A DNA stretch of 64,000 bases from Gordius albopunctatus (lineage: Eukaryota), in contig OZ193909.1 of assembly GCA_964276515.1 (NCBI GenBank), positions 14,198,001-14,262,000 of the forward strand, given 5' to 3'. Below the pieces are notes generated by a model that saw nothing but the letters and a program-made list of their open reading frames with translations, ran no database searches and was not told where the DNA came from. Positions 1 through 13,420 of this stretch are shown in pieces; positions within the stretch are counted from its first letter, which is position 1, and each line of letters opens with the position of its first letter. The position numbers and the translations under genes are program-made.

Positions 1-709
1 GAAGGATGATTATTATTCTGGGAAGACTTAAATATCTCTATGATCTTCTGAGAAGATCATAATAAATCGATAAGTTCCAATGAAGATCTGTCAATCGACG
101 CCATAGCGTGCGATCTTCTAGGAAAAGAAATTATGTTACTACAATATGCATAAAGCTTTTGCACTTTTAAATCATGTATAATTTGAATTAATACAATAAT
201 ATTATCTTAAAATAAAAAACAGCTCTTTAAATTAATTAATTATTTATGATGCTTAATGATTTCCAACAAAAATCAAATTATAAAAGTAATATTTTATGGC
301 CATTTTCTCAGAAGTAGTATAAATGTTATTTAGATAAAAGCGATAAAAATAATAATGTGAGCAGCATCACAAGGTTTATAATATTAAAAGAATCACAAAC
401 AAGATCTACACGTTTAGAAATGCTATGTGTTGTGTGTTTACTCATGAACTGAATGTTTAAGAAATACGTTTATACGATTTGTTATTTATCACTTGGAATA
501 CAGAATATATAGCCTCCACTTCGAAATGTTAATATTCATATGTGCTCATTTCTTTGAGAATTAGGCTCATAATTTTAGGTTCATAGTAATATTTTGTGTT
601 ATTTATATAACATTTATCATTATTGGACTTATGGGGAACATAACTAAAGCTGTCATATTTCATTATTAGTGACCAGGGCCTAAATATACTTTTGCCTAAA
701 TCATGACCG

Positions 710-2012
710 ATGAATAGGTTAAAGTTAGTTAATTAGAATTTTAATCATTTTAATAGAATTAATTATTCAACTGGTGAATTTGCTGGTCAATATATAAAGA
801 TTATTAAACAAAAGGTTGGTTGTATTATTTGCCATTTTATTTGTTAAAGGGTTGTTATTGGAATACAATTGGCTTCTATCATGAAGGTCATATATCTCTA
901 TACCCAGAGGAGGCATTATATCTAATTAATCAGGTATTTATCTTATACCCAAATTTTTATTAATTGCTTTGCAATTTTTTACTAAATTTCCTATAAATAA
1001 ATTATTTAAGAATTTGCCTAAATAATTTTATCTTAGAATAATTTATTATTACTAGAAGGTAATAACCCTTTAAGTGTGGAAGCAAGTCATTTAATATTGC
1101 AGAAATTGTTACCACCTAGTCATTTGAATGTTTATTCTAATCTAAAATCTGCAGGGTTTGTTGTTAGACGACATCAACAAATTAGGTATTTTTTAGAACA
1201 TTTTTTATTTTATTTATAATAATAGAGGCAAGAAAAATGAAAAAACTGGTGACAAAACAAATCTTTCAGTTACTTCAAAAGCTAAAAATGTTAAAGATTT
1301 GAGCTATGACCTAGAATCGGAGATTTATTTTTCATACAAAAACCAATCTATTGATTCCATACCAAATAAATATCAAACTTTTGAAGATCTGAAAGAAAAT
1401 CTTCCAAATTTGCATAATGGCAAAGATATTCTTACATTAGACAAAACTAATATACCTTATATTCCTATAATAATTAATAATCCCAACAATATAATATTTC
1501 ACAGTACATTACCTGCTATATCAAGCCTCAATATTTCTAATAAACACCACAAGTGTGATTATGAAGATGGCATTTTATCATTTAATAGATATAAGTATAT
1601 GATTAATAAATTGCAAATAGCCTCAAATGAATTAATCAATTGGCAGTCATACAAAAAGGTATATTTTGATCTTTATAATAAAATGTCTATCAATTACCGG
1701 AGTGATGCTCAAATGAATAATTCCAATTTTGAATTCAATTTTAAAGATAATCCTATTAAAACTCTAGAAGATATGCTTGAAATTCATTATGACATATATA
1801 AACCAAATAAAAAGTTTAGTAAATCAAATCCTGGAATTCCTGATTTTTTTGTGCATATAGTAGATTGTGATCCTTATACTCAAATACCAGATGAAATGTG
1901 GGTTGGGATATCACAGTTTGTAAAGAGTCATGCTAAATTAGGAATGTTGCTTATAGCTTATTGTGATGAAGAAGAACCTCAATATATTTCAATCAATGAC
2001 ATGATAAAATAA
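710..2012 (+). CDS. TSEN54: tRNA-splicing endonuclease subunit Sen54-like; predicted exons 710-723, 757-814, 850-933, 1037-1185, 1226-2012 (~363 aa)
   Basis: The spliced translation gives the Sen54 N-terminal motifs KGCYWNTIG..SLYPEEALYL and PLSVEAS..VYSNLKSAGFVVRR, and the C-terminal motif YDIYKPNKKFSKSNPGIPDF. All introns are GT-AG and in phase. The start codon and first exon are the least certain part. Confidence 0.88.
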
Positions 2013-2620
2013 ATCAATTGTGCATTTGCAAATTGTAAATTTTTCTACAAATTGTCAGAATTTGTGATATTTCTTGCATCCAAAGAACTTTGCCCTTGGA
2101 AAATATTAGCTATATTATTAATTATTTTAGAAGTATTCAGCTTGAAAAATTTTATATTGACATTTTGCTATTTATATAACTCAAATATTTTGCCACTTTG
2201 ATAACTTTATATTCTTATTTAAAGTGAGGTGCAAAATTTAAAGCTTGCCGGAAACAAAATTTTATTTTTATTAAAAAGATAAGGGACATTTAGTAAAAAA
2301 TATTTTAAATTTCAGATTGGCATTTAACGATTTTTTGCGAAACGTAGATGAGTGTTTTAGGGTCAAAGGGATTTCGCTCTTGAACATTCTCTAATTGGAT
2401 GTAAGCTAAAACGTGGTTATCATAATTTATGGATCCGTCAACTGCCTGCCTGGCCATTATCGTACATTTTTTTGTATTTGAACACTACACCATCTTTGGT
2501 TTGGTATATCGTTGCCTACGTTATATACTATAGGTCTCGAAATTTTTTTGATTTACCATGATAACAAATTCACAAGCAAGGTTTAGCACAAAAGGTTTTC
2601 GGCGTCTACCGGGTTGGGAT

Positions 2621-3178
2621 TAGAGGCCTGCAAAAAAATTTTCGCAAACCGATTCCCACCCGAAAGTAAAAAAATGCGGTGTGACAAATTAAAGTGTCGG
2701 ATAAACTAATTGAAGCCACAGATTTGAGTATTAAAATTATTTAAACTATTATAATTATGTAAAAATATTAATCCCCAATTACGAATCGCAAGTTAGTCTC
2801 AAAAATTGGGTCAGTAGTCGAAAACAACTTCTCGCTAGTCTGAGAAAAAGCAGGGATGGCCTTAGATTTACGAGCTAATACAGCTAAAGTGGCATATTTA
2901 TAAGCTTAGAAACTCCATACTAAACTATCTTAAATCCTACCATTTATTCAATTATAACAGCTCCACACATACATTCTTTTTAAACACTTTGATACTTAAG
3001 TAGGAAAAAATATCCTATCCTGTGTATTTAATAAGAGTTGTAAAATTTATAACCTCTACCCGACCCAAATGCATCTTAATTTTCAACCCGAATGGGATTC
3101 GACCAAGAGCATTTTTAACCCAAACCCGAAGACGTTTGAAAGTTTTAATTTGGGTCGGGTGACCCCTGCAGGCCTTTA
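2621..3178. mobile_element. Non-autonomous hAT-like element (TAGAGGCCTGCA TIR family)
   Basis: TAGAGGCCTGCA at the left, TGCAGGCCTTTA at the right, internal ACCCG/CCCGA subterminal motifs, and a degraded 8-bp flank match (5/8). Related ends occur near 9406, 12160, 30879 and 34845. Confidence 0.65.
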
Positions 3179-3442
3179 GATGGACTATACAATGAATTAA
3201 AAATAGCTGGAAGCAAATGTGAGGCTTGTTGTTAATGACGGCGAAAAGATTTGCAATTTATTTCCATAATTAGAAACAAAATTTATCGAAAATTTCGATT
3301 TTGGAGCATGAAAAATTGTAATGATTTTTTTTATATTTAGTATGGGGGTAGGGAAATCTTTTTAAGTGGGAGAGGTGCCACAAAAGCGGTGAAAGTGTCA
3401 ATAAATAACATTTTCACTCTTCACCGATCATTGGTATATTTT

Positions 3443-6400
3443 TTATTGATGAAATTTATCTTAAAAAATAAAAAGGTGATATGATGATGTAAATATACAT
3501 ACCATGCTAAATACCTGTAATAAGCTTTCTTGATCCAAAAGGATTTGCTCTAAGGGATTGTTTATATTGCACAAAAACACTTTGTTCAATTTGCTCGTCA
3601 GGTTCAACCTCATCTGATTAATATACATGATTATGTAAATTTTCAAAAACCTCTAAGTTATTGAAAATATAAATAATGGCAAATAAATGGGCTTGACCAA
3701 TAAAACGATACTTTTATTGACATTAACTGGACTGGAACTAATGCAAATATGGATTATAAGCAATAGATGGGACTTAACAAGCTAATATTTTACGTTTAAT
3801 AAATTTAATACAGCCTCAAAAGAAGTGTATTGAAAGCGAAATCTTATTGTTATGATTTAGTCAGAAGTTTTACGATTCCTTTGTTTGGGCACTAAATCAT
3901 GGGCCTAGTTATTAAAATTATGGCTAAAATTTCAAAAAATAACCATTTTGCCTCTCCATAAATCATTATTGCCACCCTCTAATCCCAATGCTAGCTGCGG
4001 CCATGCACTAAATGCATAAAGTAGCTTATTATAATTGCTTCCATACTCTGTCTCTTATTGAAGTTTAATTTCCCATACAAATTAAAATGTATAATATAAA
4101 ATCTCAACTAATCGTGTTTCGTAATTATTTTTCTTTGACTCATTAAAGGCAAAAAAAAATTATTCTTTTCTTTAAAAGTATACTATATGATTACCGGCTG
4201 CGTCACATGAATTACATAAGGGCCGAATTGTCTCATGGCTTGCATGCTTGCCCTTTTTTCCAACGAAAATATTTCAAATATTTGCGTGGATTCTTTGCCC
4301 AAATCATCTAAAGATCCATAAATACGGTGCTGAACTCCACCCTTTTTCTTGCGGATGATCAGGCGTGGTCTATAACAGAGATATTAGCTTGGATATTTTG
4401 ATGCCAAAGTACTCTACTAATAAATTAATTTTATTCGAGAACTTATTTTAGGATAAGCAAAGACTTTATTTGTATAGGATACTTATCATACTAAGGATTT
4501 GAAAATTGTATTAACGAATAATTTCCAGTCATTGCCCGTTTGATGGTAAATAATAAAAAATTGTAAAAAAAATATGCCTAAATTCTTTATTATAAATAAA
4601 ACCCCATTTATTTGTATCGTATATATCTTATTCATAATTAAAGACGGACTAGTTTGCCTTTGCAGGCCTGACCCGCTACCTTTCATATAATAGCATGGCT
4701 TTAAAATGTGAGGTGACAACAACAACAGAAGTGATGATATATATTTGCCATATGATGTATTTATGTTTTTTAATTCGTAATCTCCATCAATTATGTATTA
4801 ATAATATTATCATAGGCTATTTTGGAGGCAGAAAGTTTGGTAATGATTTGGGAATCGGTAAGATGTTTTTTATATGACAATTAACTAGGATTTTAGTATT
4901 TATGCGCGCACTATTGGTTTTAAGGTAGGGCAGCTACCCCACCCTGTATTGAATTTTACTTGGGAAGGATTTGAAAACATACCTAATGAAAAGGCCTCTA
5001 TCATAAACACCATATAATCCGGATTCTTTTATTAGTTGACACATAGCATCTTTTTCTACGTATACTTTATGTTCGTGGGCTACCGATATATAAAACACGT
5101 AGGAATTATAATATGAAGACATAAAATTTAAGCCATGGCCATGCGAGGTGGAATCATAGAATCACTTATTTAATGCATCGAAAAACTTTATGGCACTGCT
5201 CATTTAGATATTAAGTTTCCATGGTCGTAGGCATCATTGGAATTAGAGGAGGGGGCAATAATGATTTAGGGAGCAGCAAAATGATCATTTTTTATAAATT
5301 TTAGTCATAATTTTAATAAATTTTAGCAAATTTTTGGAGTTAGAGCGGCGAAGCCGCCCCTCCCTGCCCTCCCTGGCTACACCCATTTTAATTTCCCTAA
5401 CATAACTTACTCCCATGATTTTTAAAAAAATCCTACACCACTTTATTTAAATTAATCGAAAATATAATTTTAGCAACGTTTAGTCAATATTAGAAACGAA
5501 TGGATTATAGAATTAAATCGTCAATAACTCACTCCAACAAAATATTATCTTGAATCAAACAATCCCTATTAGACGTATTTTAATCAACTTTATAATAAGT
5601 GAAATTCAATGCAAACGGCGTGATTATATTAAAAAAATGTTAATTTACTTTTCAAGCTGTTTTCTGGATAGGGGAAATAGTGAGAAGCATCAAAAGGGCC
5701 TTGCGATGATATTTCTTCCGTTTTTAGCAAAAACATTTTATCGTGGGTGCTTAAAGTGTTTGGCACATTTTCGAATAGGTTAAGGTCCAAAACACGATAA
5801 ACGACAAAGTTTTTATAGTATTCTTTGACCAAAAGATGTTTCCCTTCAACAACCATTAACATCTGCACATATAGTTATAAATTAATTATTATGATATATG
5901 ACTTGATTTTAGGACAATTTAATATACCAAGTATGCTTCCAGTTCAAAAAATTAAGGTGCCCAATTGTGCGAAAAACAAGCAAAGGCTTAAAATAAGAAA
6001 GAAAATGCTGGTTGAGAAACAATCGATCGAAAGTGCTAGATAAAACCTCTGGCACTTATTTACATAATTTTATATCAGATTGTAATTCTAAAATCTTTAA
6101 CCAGCCGACATAGGATCATAGTTTAACTAAATATGTATTGACTTATTAGTTATTAAAACACTAGTTTAAGCAGTTTTGGCCATAAAAAGATGCAAAAACA
6201 ATCTTCAACTTTATCTTATGCGTGAAAAATATTTTTTACAAAACTATAGAAGCATCGATTGTATTAATTCAATACTGGATATTATCGTGTTTTTATCAAC
6301 AGCAGGAGAAATTTATATGTTCGATATAAAGGACATACACCCTTTTTAAAATTTATCAAACAATAATACAAAATTAATTTCTAACTTGAACAACGGTTCC

Positions 6401-7030
6401 AGGAATGGCAGTAAAACTATAATTATGCATGTCGAGGCAATAGGGTTCATAATTGTATCGCTCCAAACACAAAAGATAACTTTGATTTATATTCAAAAAT
6501 GATTGCCATTTTGGGTAAACCTAATAAAATATAATATGCTTTTTGTAGATATATTAAGAGCAATATTAAATTTGATTTTTAATATTTTCAATTCCTTATA
6601 AACTCTTACCTTGGTAATTTATTTTTCTAGATGACATTACTTTTTCAAAAATTTACAATATCATTTTGTTAAAATAGAATGCTGTGAAACCCACGAATGA
6701 ATATTAAATATTGCATATTTTTAAAAATGATGGCGACTCATAACTATTTAAGATGTAGGTATGAAACACAAACACTGGAAAGTATATAAGGTTGATTTAT
6801 GATTGTTCGATAAAATAGCCTACCTTATTAAGGATTGCTTTTTGAGATAGATTTTTATCGGCCCGGGCGCTAGATTTATGTTAGAATCAGAATTATTTTA
6901 AAATATAGTAAAGATTTTTTCAAAGACTATATAAAAATTGTATGGCAAAAGATATTATCAAAATGTTTCATATAAGTTACCTCTGTAAGAACGATATCAC
7001 CACCACTAAAAATGAGAAGACAGGTTTCAT
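3443..7030 (-). CDS. Unrecognised multi-exon protein-coding gene, probably secreted. Core exons 5862-5649, 5079-4983, 4369-4195, 3781-3712, 3613-3515, 3459-3443; putative leader exons 7030-6981, 6869-6824, (6520-6386)
   Basis: Six consecutive GT-AG exons join in phase without stops (223 aa: MLMVVEGKHLL...GLFIRPRLIIRKKKGG...RKLITDKFHQ*). Upstream exons encode MKPVFSFLVVVISFLQSARA-DKNL, a signal-peptide-like leader ending in phase 0. Exon choice between 5928 and 6775 is ambiguous. Confidence 0.62.
3898..4005. mobile_element. Short hAT-type MITE (CATGGGCGTAGCCAG family), internally deleted
   Basis: CATGGGCCTAG...CTAGCTGCGGCCATG with a perfect 8-bp TSD CACTAAAT. Confidence 0.85.
5220..5387. mobile_element. 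hAT-type MITE (CATGGGCGTAGCCAG family)
   Basis: CATGGTCGTAGGCA...CTGGCTACACCCAT; the internal sequence matches the other copies. Confidence 0.8.
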
Positions 7031-7342
7031 TTAAAAATATAATTTTTATGATTTTTACAATAAAGGCCTTTAAAATATACTGCAATGTTTACTCAAAGCT
7101 GATTCTTATCAAGCAAATATTTTTTATTTATTAATTAATATTTGTTTTATACTAAATTATGAGCTTAAATACCATACTATTTGTTCTTATATTAATAGGA
7201 TTAAATTAGTGTTTACCGATCTGAATATTTACTCTGTCACAGGAAAAATGCAATTTTATTAATTTTGAGGTTTAATATAAGATTTTTAAATTATATTAAA
7301 TTAATAAACACCATACATTTGAAACGGTTAATTTCAATAGTA

Positions 7343-8289
7343 GGGGAGACCGGGGCCAGTCGTAGCCCGGGGTTACTATTATCTTTGTAATTATTTTTAA
7401 GAATAATAATGATATATTATTAAAATTTAAACCATATGTGTATGTTTTTATAAGGTATAAGTAAGAAATTTTTTGTTTAGAAAAAATTAAATTTAAAATT
7501 TTTATGGATGAAAAACGATTTTTTGTAACTATTAGTAGCCTCGACAAAATTTTGTATTTTGCACATAAAATTTTAAAATTTTTTTGGCTTTATATTTTGT
7601 ACTAATTTAAGTTTTATCTTATAAAGAGATATTTTTTATATGAAAACCGCCTAATGATTAAATTTTTATCCGCAATATAACATATTAAATTATTAATTGT
7701 TCATAAAAATAGGAGTCGGGGCTAGTCGGAGAGGGGCTAGTTATAGCCATTTTTCATTAAGCCTTACAAATGAAAAAATTAAAAACAAAAATCTTGTTTA
7801 TAATTCAACTTAGTGTAATTAGGAATAGAAATAGACTATGATTATACTTAAAAAAACGACTAAAGTTTTTTTACATAGCAGAATATATCTTTTAGGTGTA
7901 ATTAAGTCAGATTGTCATCTTGACCCTTTTTTTATTTTTATTATATAAAATACAATCATATTACATTTAAATTTTCTATGTTTTATATAATGTAACAATA
8001 TTTTTATTGATTTAAGTTAGCATACACTATTAAGAAGTTAAAACGTCAGGGTTAATCTATCCCCTGAACAGAGCTATAACTAACCCCGGGCACTTTTGAA
8101 ATTTCTAGGATTTTTGATTTTTTGAACTTAATTTATGAAAAACCATAAGCAATTTTTTCTCCATTTTTTCTCTTATATTAGAAATAGACTATAAAAAAGT
8201 ATTCCAATAAAAAAATCATAAAAAAACTTTATTAGTTTTTTTTAAAACCAGATTTAAATTTTTATGGCCATTAAGTCCCTGGTCTCCCC
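7343..8289. mobile_element. ~950-bp non-autonomous DNA transposon, TA-flanked (Tc1/mariner/pogo-type)
   Basis: TA|GGGGAGACCGGGG ... CCCTGGTCTCCCC|TA. A second near-full copy lies in inverted orientation at 19380-20283. Confidence 0.85.
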
Positions 8290-9899
8290 TATATAATAAT
8301 ATTAATCTTTATTTTATCTGTCTCAATATAACTTTTTAGAATTATGACCATATAATTTGAACAGAAATGAGCAAATATGGAAATTGAATGTGTGCTAATA
8401 ATAAATAAAATTACATGCAAAATCAATAATCCAATTACACCCCAGTAAATAAAAGATACCTTGACGTTTAAATATGAAAATTTGTTTTAGAATAGGTGCA
8501 TATTCGATTTTTTTAATTTTACATGTTACTAAGACAAAATTTACTACGAAGTATTTACCATGACCAGTAATTGATTCTACGAGGTTAAAATTGAGAATCA
8601 GAAGAGCCAATAAAAATCTACAAAAAAAATGTTAAAACAATTTTAGCTAAAATGGATAATATGCTTGTAACAAGTTATTTGAAGATATTTTGGTCTCACA
8701 TTTGAATTATTTGTAAGGGAAAACTAAATAATATTTAAACAGTCCAAAGCATAGAGCTTTTGGAAAACGGTAGTTAAATTTTTTAAGTTAATTATACCTA
8801 TTTCTAGATATGTCTTATTTTTCCCAACGCAAACATAAGGGAAATTTCTTAGGGAAAATATGGAAACATTTGATAAAAATTTGAATTAATAATATAAACT
8901 CAAAAACGAGCCAACCCATTTAACATATAATTTATAGAGATTTATTGATAATTTTACTTTAAACGGTAAAATAATTTGATATACGCACCAGAAAATTTAT
9001 TGATTAATTAGGGGTGTTATTTGACGTGATAACATACTTAGTAATTATTTAAATTCAGAAGGAATCTTCTTTTTAGTATAGTAAAACTTTTAGAAGCAGT
9101 GTAATATAGACCTTAAATCATTCAAAATATAATTGACATGATTAATATAATTACTTAATTAGGGATTAATCAAATCAACTAGGAACCAGATGTTATAAAT
9201 GCCAACTTTAATTTAAAATTAATAGCCTCTATAGTGAAACACCATTATACAAAATATATGATATATCGCATAAAAATATTTGATACACTTAAAGGGGGAT
9301 TACCGTGAAATTTGAAAGTTCCCAAGTAAATTTCCAGGGAAAATATCCAAATTTTCTCGGGAATCTTCCCTATCATGGTATTTCTAGTAGTAAAGTAACC
9401 CTAGGTAGAGGCCTGTACAGGTGACCCGAAACCCGATCCGATATTGCAGAGCGGATTGGAATAAAAATATTAAATAAATTATTATTTAACTTAAAGAGGA
9501 AAGGCTCCATCCGGAATTCAGATCTTTCAACAGATATTTTTAAATATTGCTGACGCGTTGGGAACACTGGCAGCCGTTAACTACTAAGCAACATCCTGAG
9601 TAAAAAATAATCTAACGAACGCTAAAAAGGGTGTGAATAATGGCATTCAACCAAGAAGACCAAGGCATATAGAATCTGTATTGACTTTTACTTAAGTTCG
9701 GAGTCGTTTGCTGCAACTTCAAGATATCCAATAGTGTGGATGATTTTTGATGATTGTTCGAAGCGCTTCCTTTAGAATTTTAGTTATTAGATCGAAGTTG
9801 AAATATCTTACTTCCACCAAAAAATTTTGATCTATTACAAGTTAGCCGTGGCTTTTGGCGGGCTTTACCTTGCAATCCTTATCTCGCCTTATTTCTATG

Positions 9900-10390
9900 A
9901 GTCCCAATATGATTTCGCTTTTAAAAATACGTGTTATCTATTGATAGGGCCTAAAGTTTGATCCCTTGCTTGTTCTTTAGGTTATACCTGTGCCCGTTCA
10001 TAGTGAAAATCCTTTCCCGTGTAGCCGTTTAGGTCTGCCCAAATAATTTGCTTTTTCTCTTGTATGTAATCTATCTCATTTCCTACAAATTATAAAATGT
10101 TTTTTATGGTTCTTTACATCCAATATTCCTATCATAAGCACATAGAACTGTTGAAATGTCTCTTGATCTGCAACCTTCATCCGAACCAACCTGTTTGATC
10201 ATCGTTAGATTCCACTACCTTGTCCCTAAACAATATGTAAAGCACAATTCCGATCCCGTTTCTACGATAGGGTGACCCACTGTAGGATAGCAGAGACAAA
10301 TTTTTACTCCTTTCCACCTCGTCTCTCGTACGTTTTTTAACATTATGAAATCTCAACTCTTTCCCTTCAACTTGCCCATTATTTACTATT
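9900..10390 (-). mobile_element. Degenerate RTE-clade LINE, APE endonuclease region
   Basis: Fragmented translations SYSGSPYRRNGIGIVL..FRDKVVE and IIWADLNGYTGKD resemble the RTE APE motifs (NGVGI; GDxNGHVG). Many stops and frameshifts; boundaries approximate. Confidence 0.65.
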
Positions 10391-11420
10391 CGATTTTTTA
10401 ATCGTCTTCGTTTTGAGTTAGACAGTAGCCTTAATATATTGTCGCATTGCACGGGCAAAGATGAACTGCGCGTCGTATAAGGGTGCGTTTTAAAATGCGA
10501 TTTTGCATAGATGCAAAAAAACGAATGCATGTTAGAACATAGCCGCATCTTAATACGAGGAGCGTCAAGTCATTTTTTTCCTATTTTTGTTTTTTTGCTC
10601 AAAACAAATATTTATCCTTTAATTACGCTTTAATGCATATTCATATAGTAACTAAACTAAAATTGTTGATTCCACGACATCTATATCGCACATTTATACA
10701 AAACAAAAATATGGCGCTTGAAGTTGAATCGTATATTAAGACGGGCCCTAAGGAGGGCACCCTATCTTTATGTTGTAGATTTTCATTCAAAAACTGTCAC
10801 GATTTCGGAGTGGGTTTTTACAGGCGATTTCCTGCCTAACAACAATATAGACTTTTTGCATGTCGTTAGTAGTGGGCGTAAAAATATGCATTTCAAGACC
10901 AGCATGCCATTTCTTCATCTATTGCTTATATTTCTAACAAATATGACGATTGATGGATACTTTTTAGGACCCCATAAAATACGAATGCATAATTTATAAA
11001 AATTTGAAACACGAATAGCCTTATTTGGCTGGCCCATTGTTATTTTTTACCCAGCCTGAAATCCGTTTTAAATTGTTGGCCCGACATTTTTGACAATTCA
11101 AATATATTTTACTTTATAAATACATATGAAATTGATTACTATCAATAGTTTAAAATAAGAATAAGTATGATGATTATGATAGATATTCAATTGATTTTGC
11201 TAATATATTAAACCATATTTTTTAAATATAATATTTTAAATTTAGGATTATAAAGTTCCTTAACGGTTAAAAATTAATAAATTTTTGAATTATTTAGTTA
11301 CATAAATCTATCTTTTTTATATATATTTAAAAAGCTGAGAAAATAAAAAGATAAATTAATGTCACGTATACCAACCAAAAGTTATTTGCAAAAAAAATAA
11401 TTTGAAAATGTGTTGTTGTC

Positions 11421-12538
11421 CAGGGTTTGCTTTGATTCGGGTTTTTTACCTTGAGTTCAATTAGTCTAACAAGCTTCTAGCCCAATCCCTAATTATTTAA
11501 TTATTATTTGTTACAATATAATCCAAAATATTCTCAGGCCTAGGACAGCCTCTACAGGGCTATACGCATAAATGATTTGTGCGATCGCATTTGTATGACA
11601 TAGAATTGTATGATTAATATTTATAAAGACGTTATATAAAACCAGTAATTTATCCAATTAGGTTATAGAATAGAACGTTAATTTTACTTCAATTTTATTT
11701 CAAAAAATTTCTCGCGTTTAAAACATCATATAAAATTCAAATCAAATAATTTTGAGAATTCGGATATGTGAAAACTATATGGGAATCTGTTTAACCGATA
11801 AAATAATTATCTTGTCCAGCATCATCAAGATTATAAAAAACTTGAGTTAAATGGGAAATACAGCAACCTATTCTTTCTTTCCAACTTTCCTATCATACCA
11901 TTAGATAGAATGGAACCTACAAAATCTGCTGCAAGATTAAATGCTCTATTAAATTCAGGGTTTGCTTGGATCCGGCTTTTAAACCATGGGTCTAACAAGC
12001 TTCTAGCCGTAAATCTAATAGTTTTATTTGAATTTTTTTTCATAGATATATTTTCGAAAATATATCTATGAAGTACATTAATTATGAGGGTAAAAATCTT
12101 CTTAATTATTTGAATTTGTTACAACCTAATCCAAAATATTTTCAGGCCTGGGGTCGCCCCTGCAGGGCTTTACACATAAATGATTTGTGTTATCGAGCGC
12201 ATTTGTATGTCTTAGGTAATAATTTTCTGATTGATATATATATAAACTTTACAATAAACCATTCATTCAAGTAATAAATCAAGTTAAGTTTTAGAATAGA
12301 ACGTTCTTTTTTACTTAAATTTTATTTTGAAAAATTGCTTGCGTGTAAAACATCTTACCAAAATTCAAATTAAATAAAATAATTGTGGGAATTCAGATAT
12401 GTGGAAACTATTTGGGACCTTAAGATTATAACAAACTTCGGTTAAATGGGAAATACGGCAATCAAATTCTTTCTGGCTCTACCATTAGATAGAATTGAAT
12501 CTAAAAAAGCTGCTGTAAGATTAAATGCCCGATTAAAT
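11421..12538. repeat. Diverged tandem duplication, two units of ~535-580 bp
   Basis: Both units start CAGGGTTTGCTT..TCTAACAAGCTTCTAGCC and share collinear blocks (ATCCAAAATATT, CATAAATGATTTGTG, TAGAATAGAACGTT, GTTAAATGGGAAATAC, TACCATTAGATAGAA). Confidence 0.85.
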
Positions 12539-13420
12539 ATATATAATAACCTTTAGAACTTTATTCAAGAAACAATAGAAACTAGCTTAAAAATCGTTAT
12601 TAATAACAAGTTACGTTAAAAATTTGAAATTTTTTTGAAAATTTATTGGGTTGTTGAAGATATAGCGGCGCTAAGGACGCAGTAAGAAGTGGTGGTGAGT
12701 ATAGGAATTATACATGCACCGATGATCATTTCTTCGAGGAATCTTACTATTCACCACCATTATAGTTACGATATAATTCCTGTACACTATCTGGGGCCTA
12801 AAGACTTATACGAAGCTATGAGGCCTTTTGACTTAGGAGAATTTTTATTGCTTCCTTTGCTGTGAGCCCTCTGGAAGAGATGGAATATTTGATGAGCACG
12901 AGCTTTGTCTTGTACTCCCCGACCTATCCCAACAATTTGTTACGGGTCCAACTCGAGAGTCAGGAACTCACAAAAGGGAACATATATTCTGTGGTCCCCG
13001 ACCCAGGCTAAACCAAATAAGAAACGCAATAATGCAAATTTAATTTTTCATAAAATTTTCGCCTCATTTATTAGTTACTACGGGATATAGTTATTTAAAT
13101 CACAGACATAATTTTGGAAACTAATAAACAGAGATACTCCTCCCTCTTGAGGGTGACGACGTGCTCGGATGGCCAGCTTGGTCTTTGTTAGGGTGTAACA
13201 ATGGATTGGGTTCTGAATATGTCGCCTTGCACTTCCACGGTTAAGAAAATAAATTTATTATTATTAATTAAAATTGAATTAAAGAGACCAGTATTAAAGT
13301 GATTTAGAAAGATGCAGCAAAATAATCTATAAAAAAATATTTTTCTATGTCGCGTCTTAGAAAATTTGGTGAAAAGATATATTTCAAATATATAGAAAGG
13401 ACTTCGCCTGTGTATATACC

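Noticed and set aside
1..120. Minus-strand reading MASIDRSS.. / EDRTLWRRL..
   Set aside because: All frames close within ~30 codons and the window edge truncates it; gene 5' end and LINE tail cannot be distinguished.
12680..13090. GC-richer ORF-like stretch
   Set aside because: Short broken frames with no recognisable motif or consistent splice sites.
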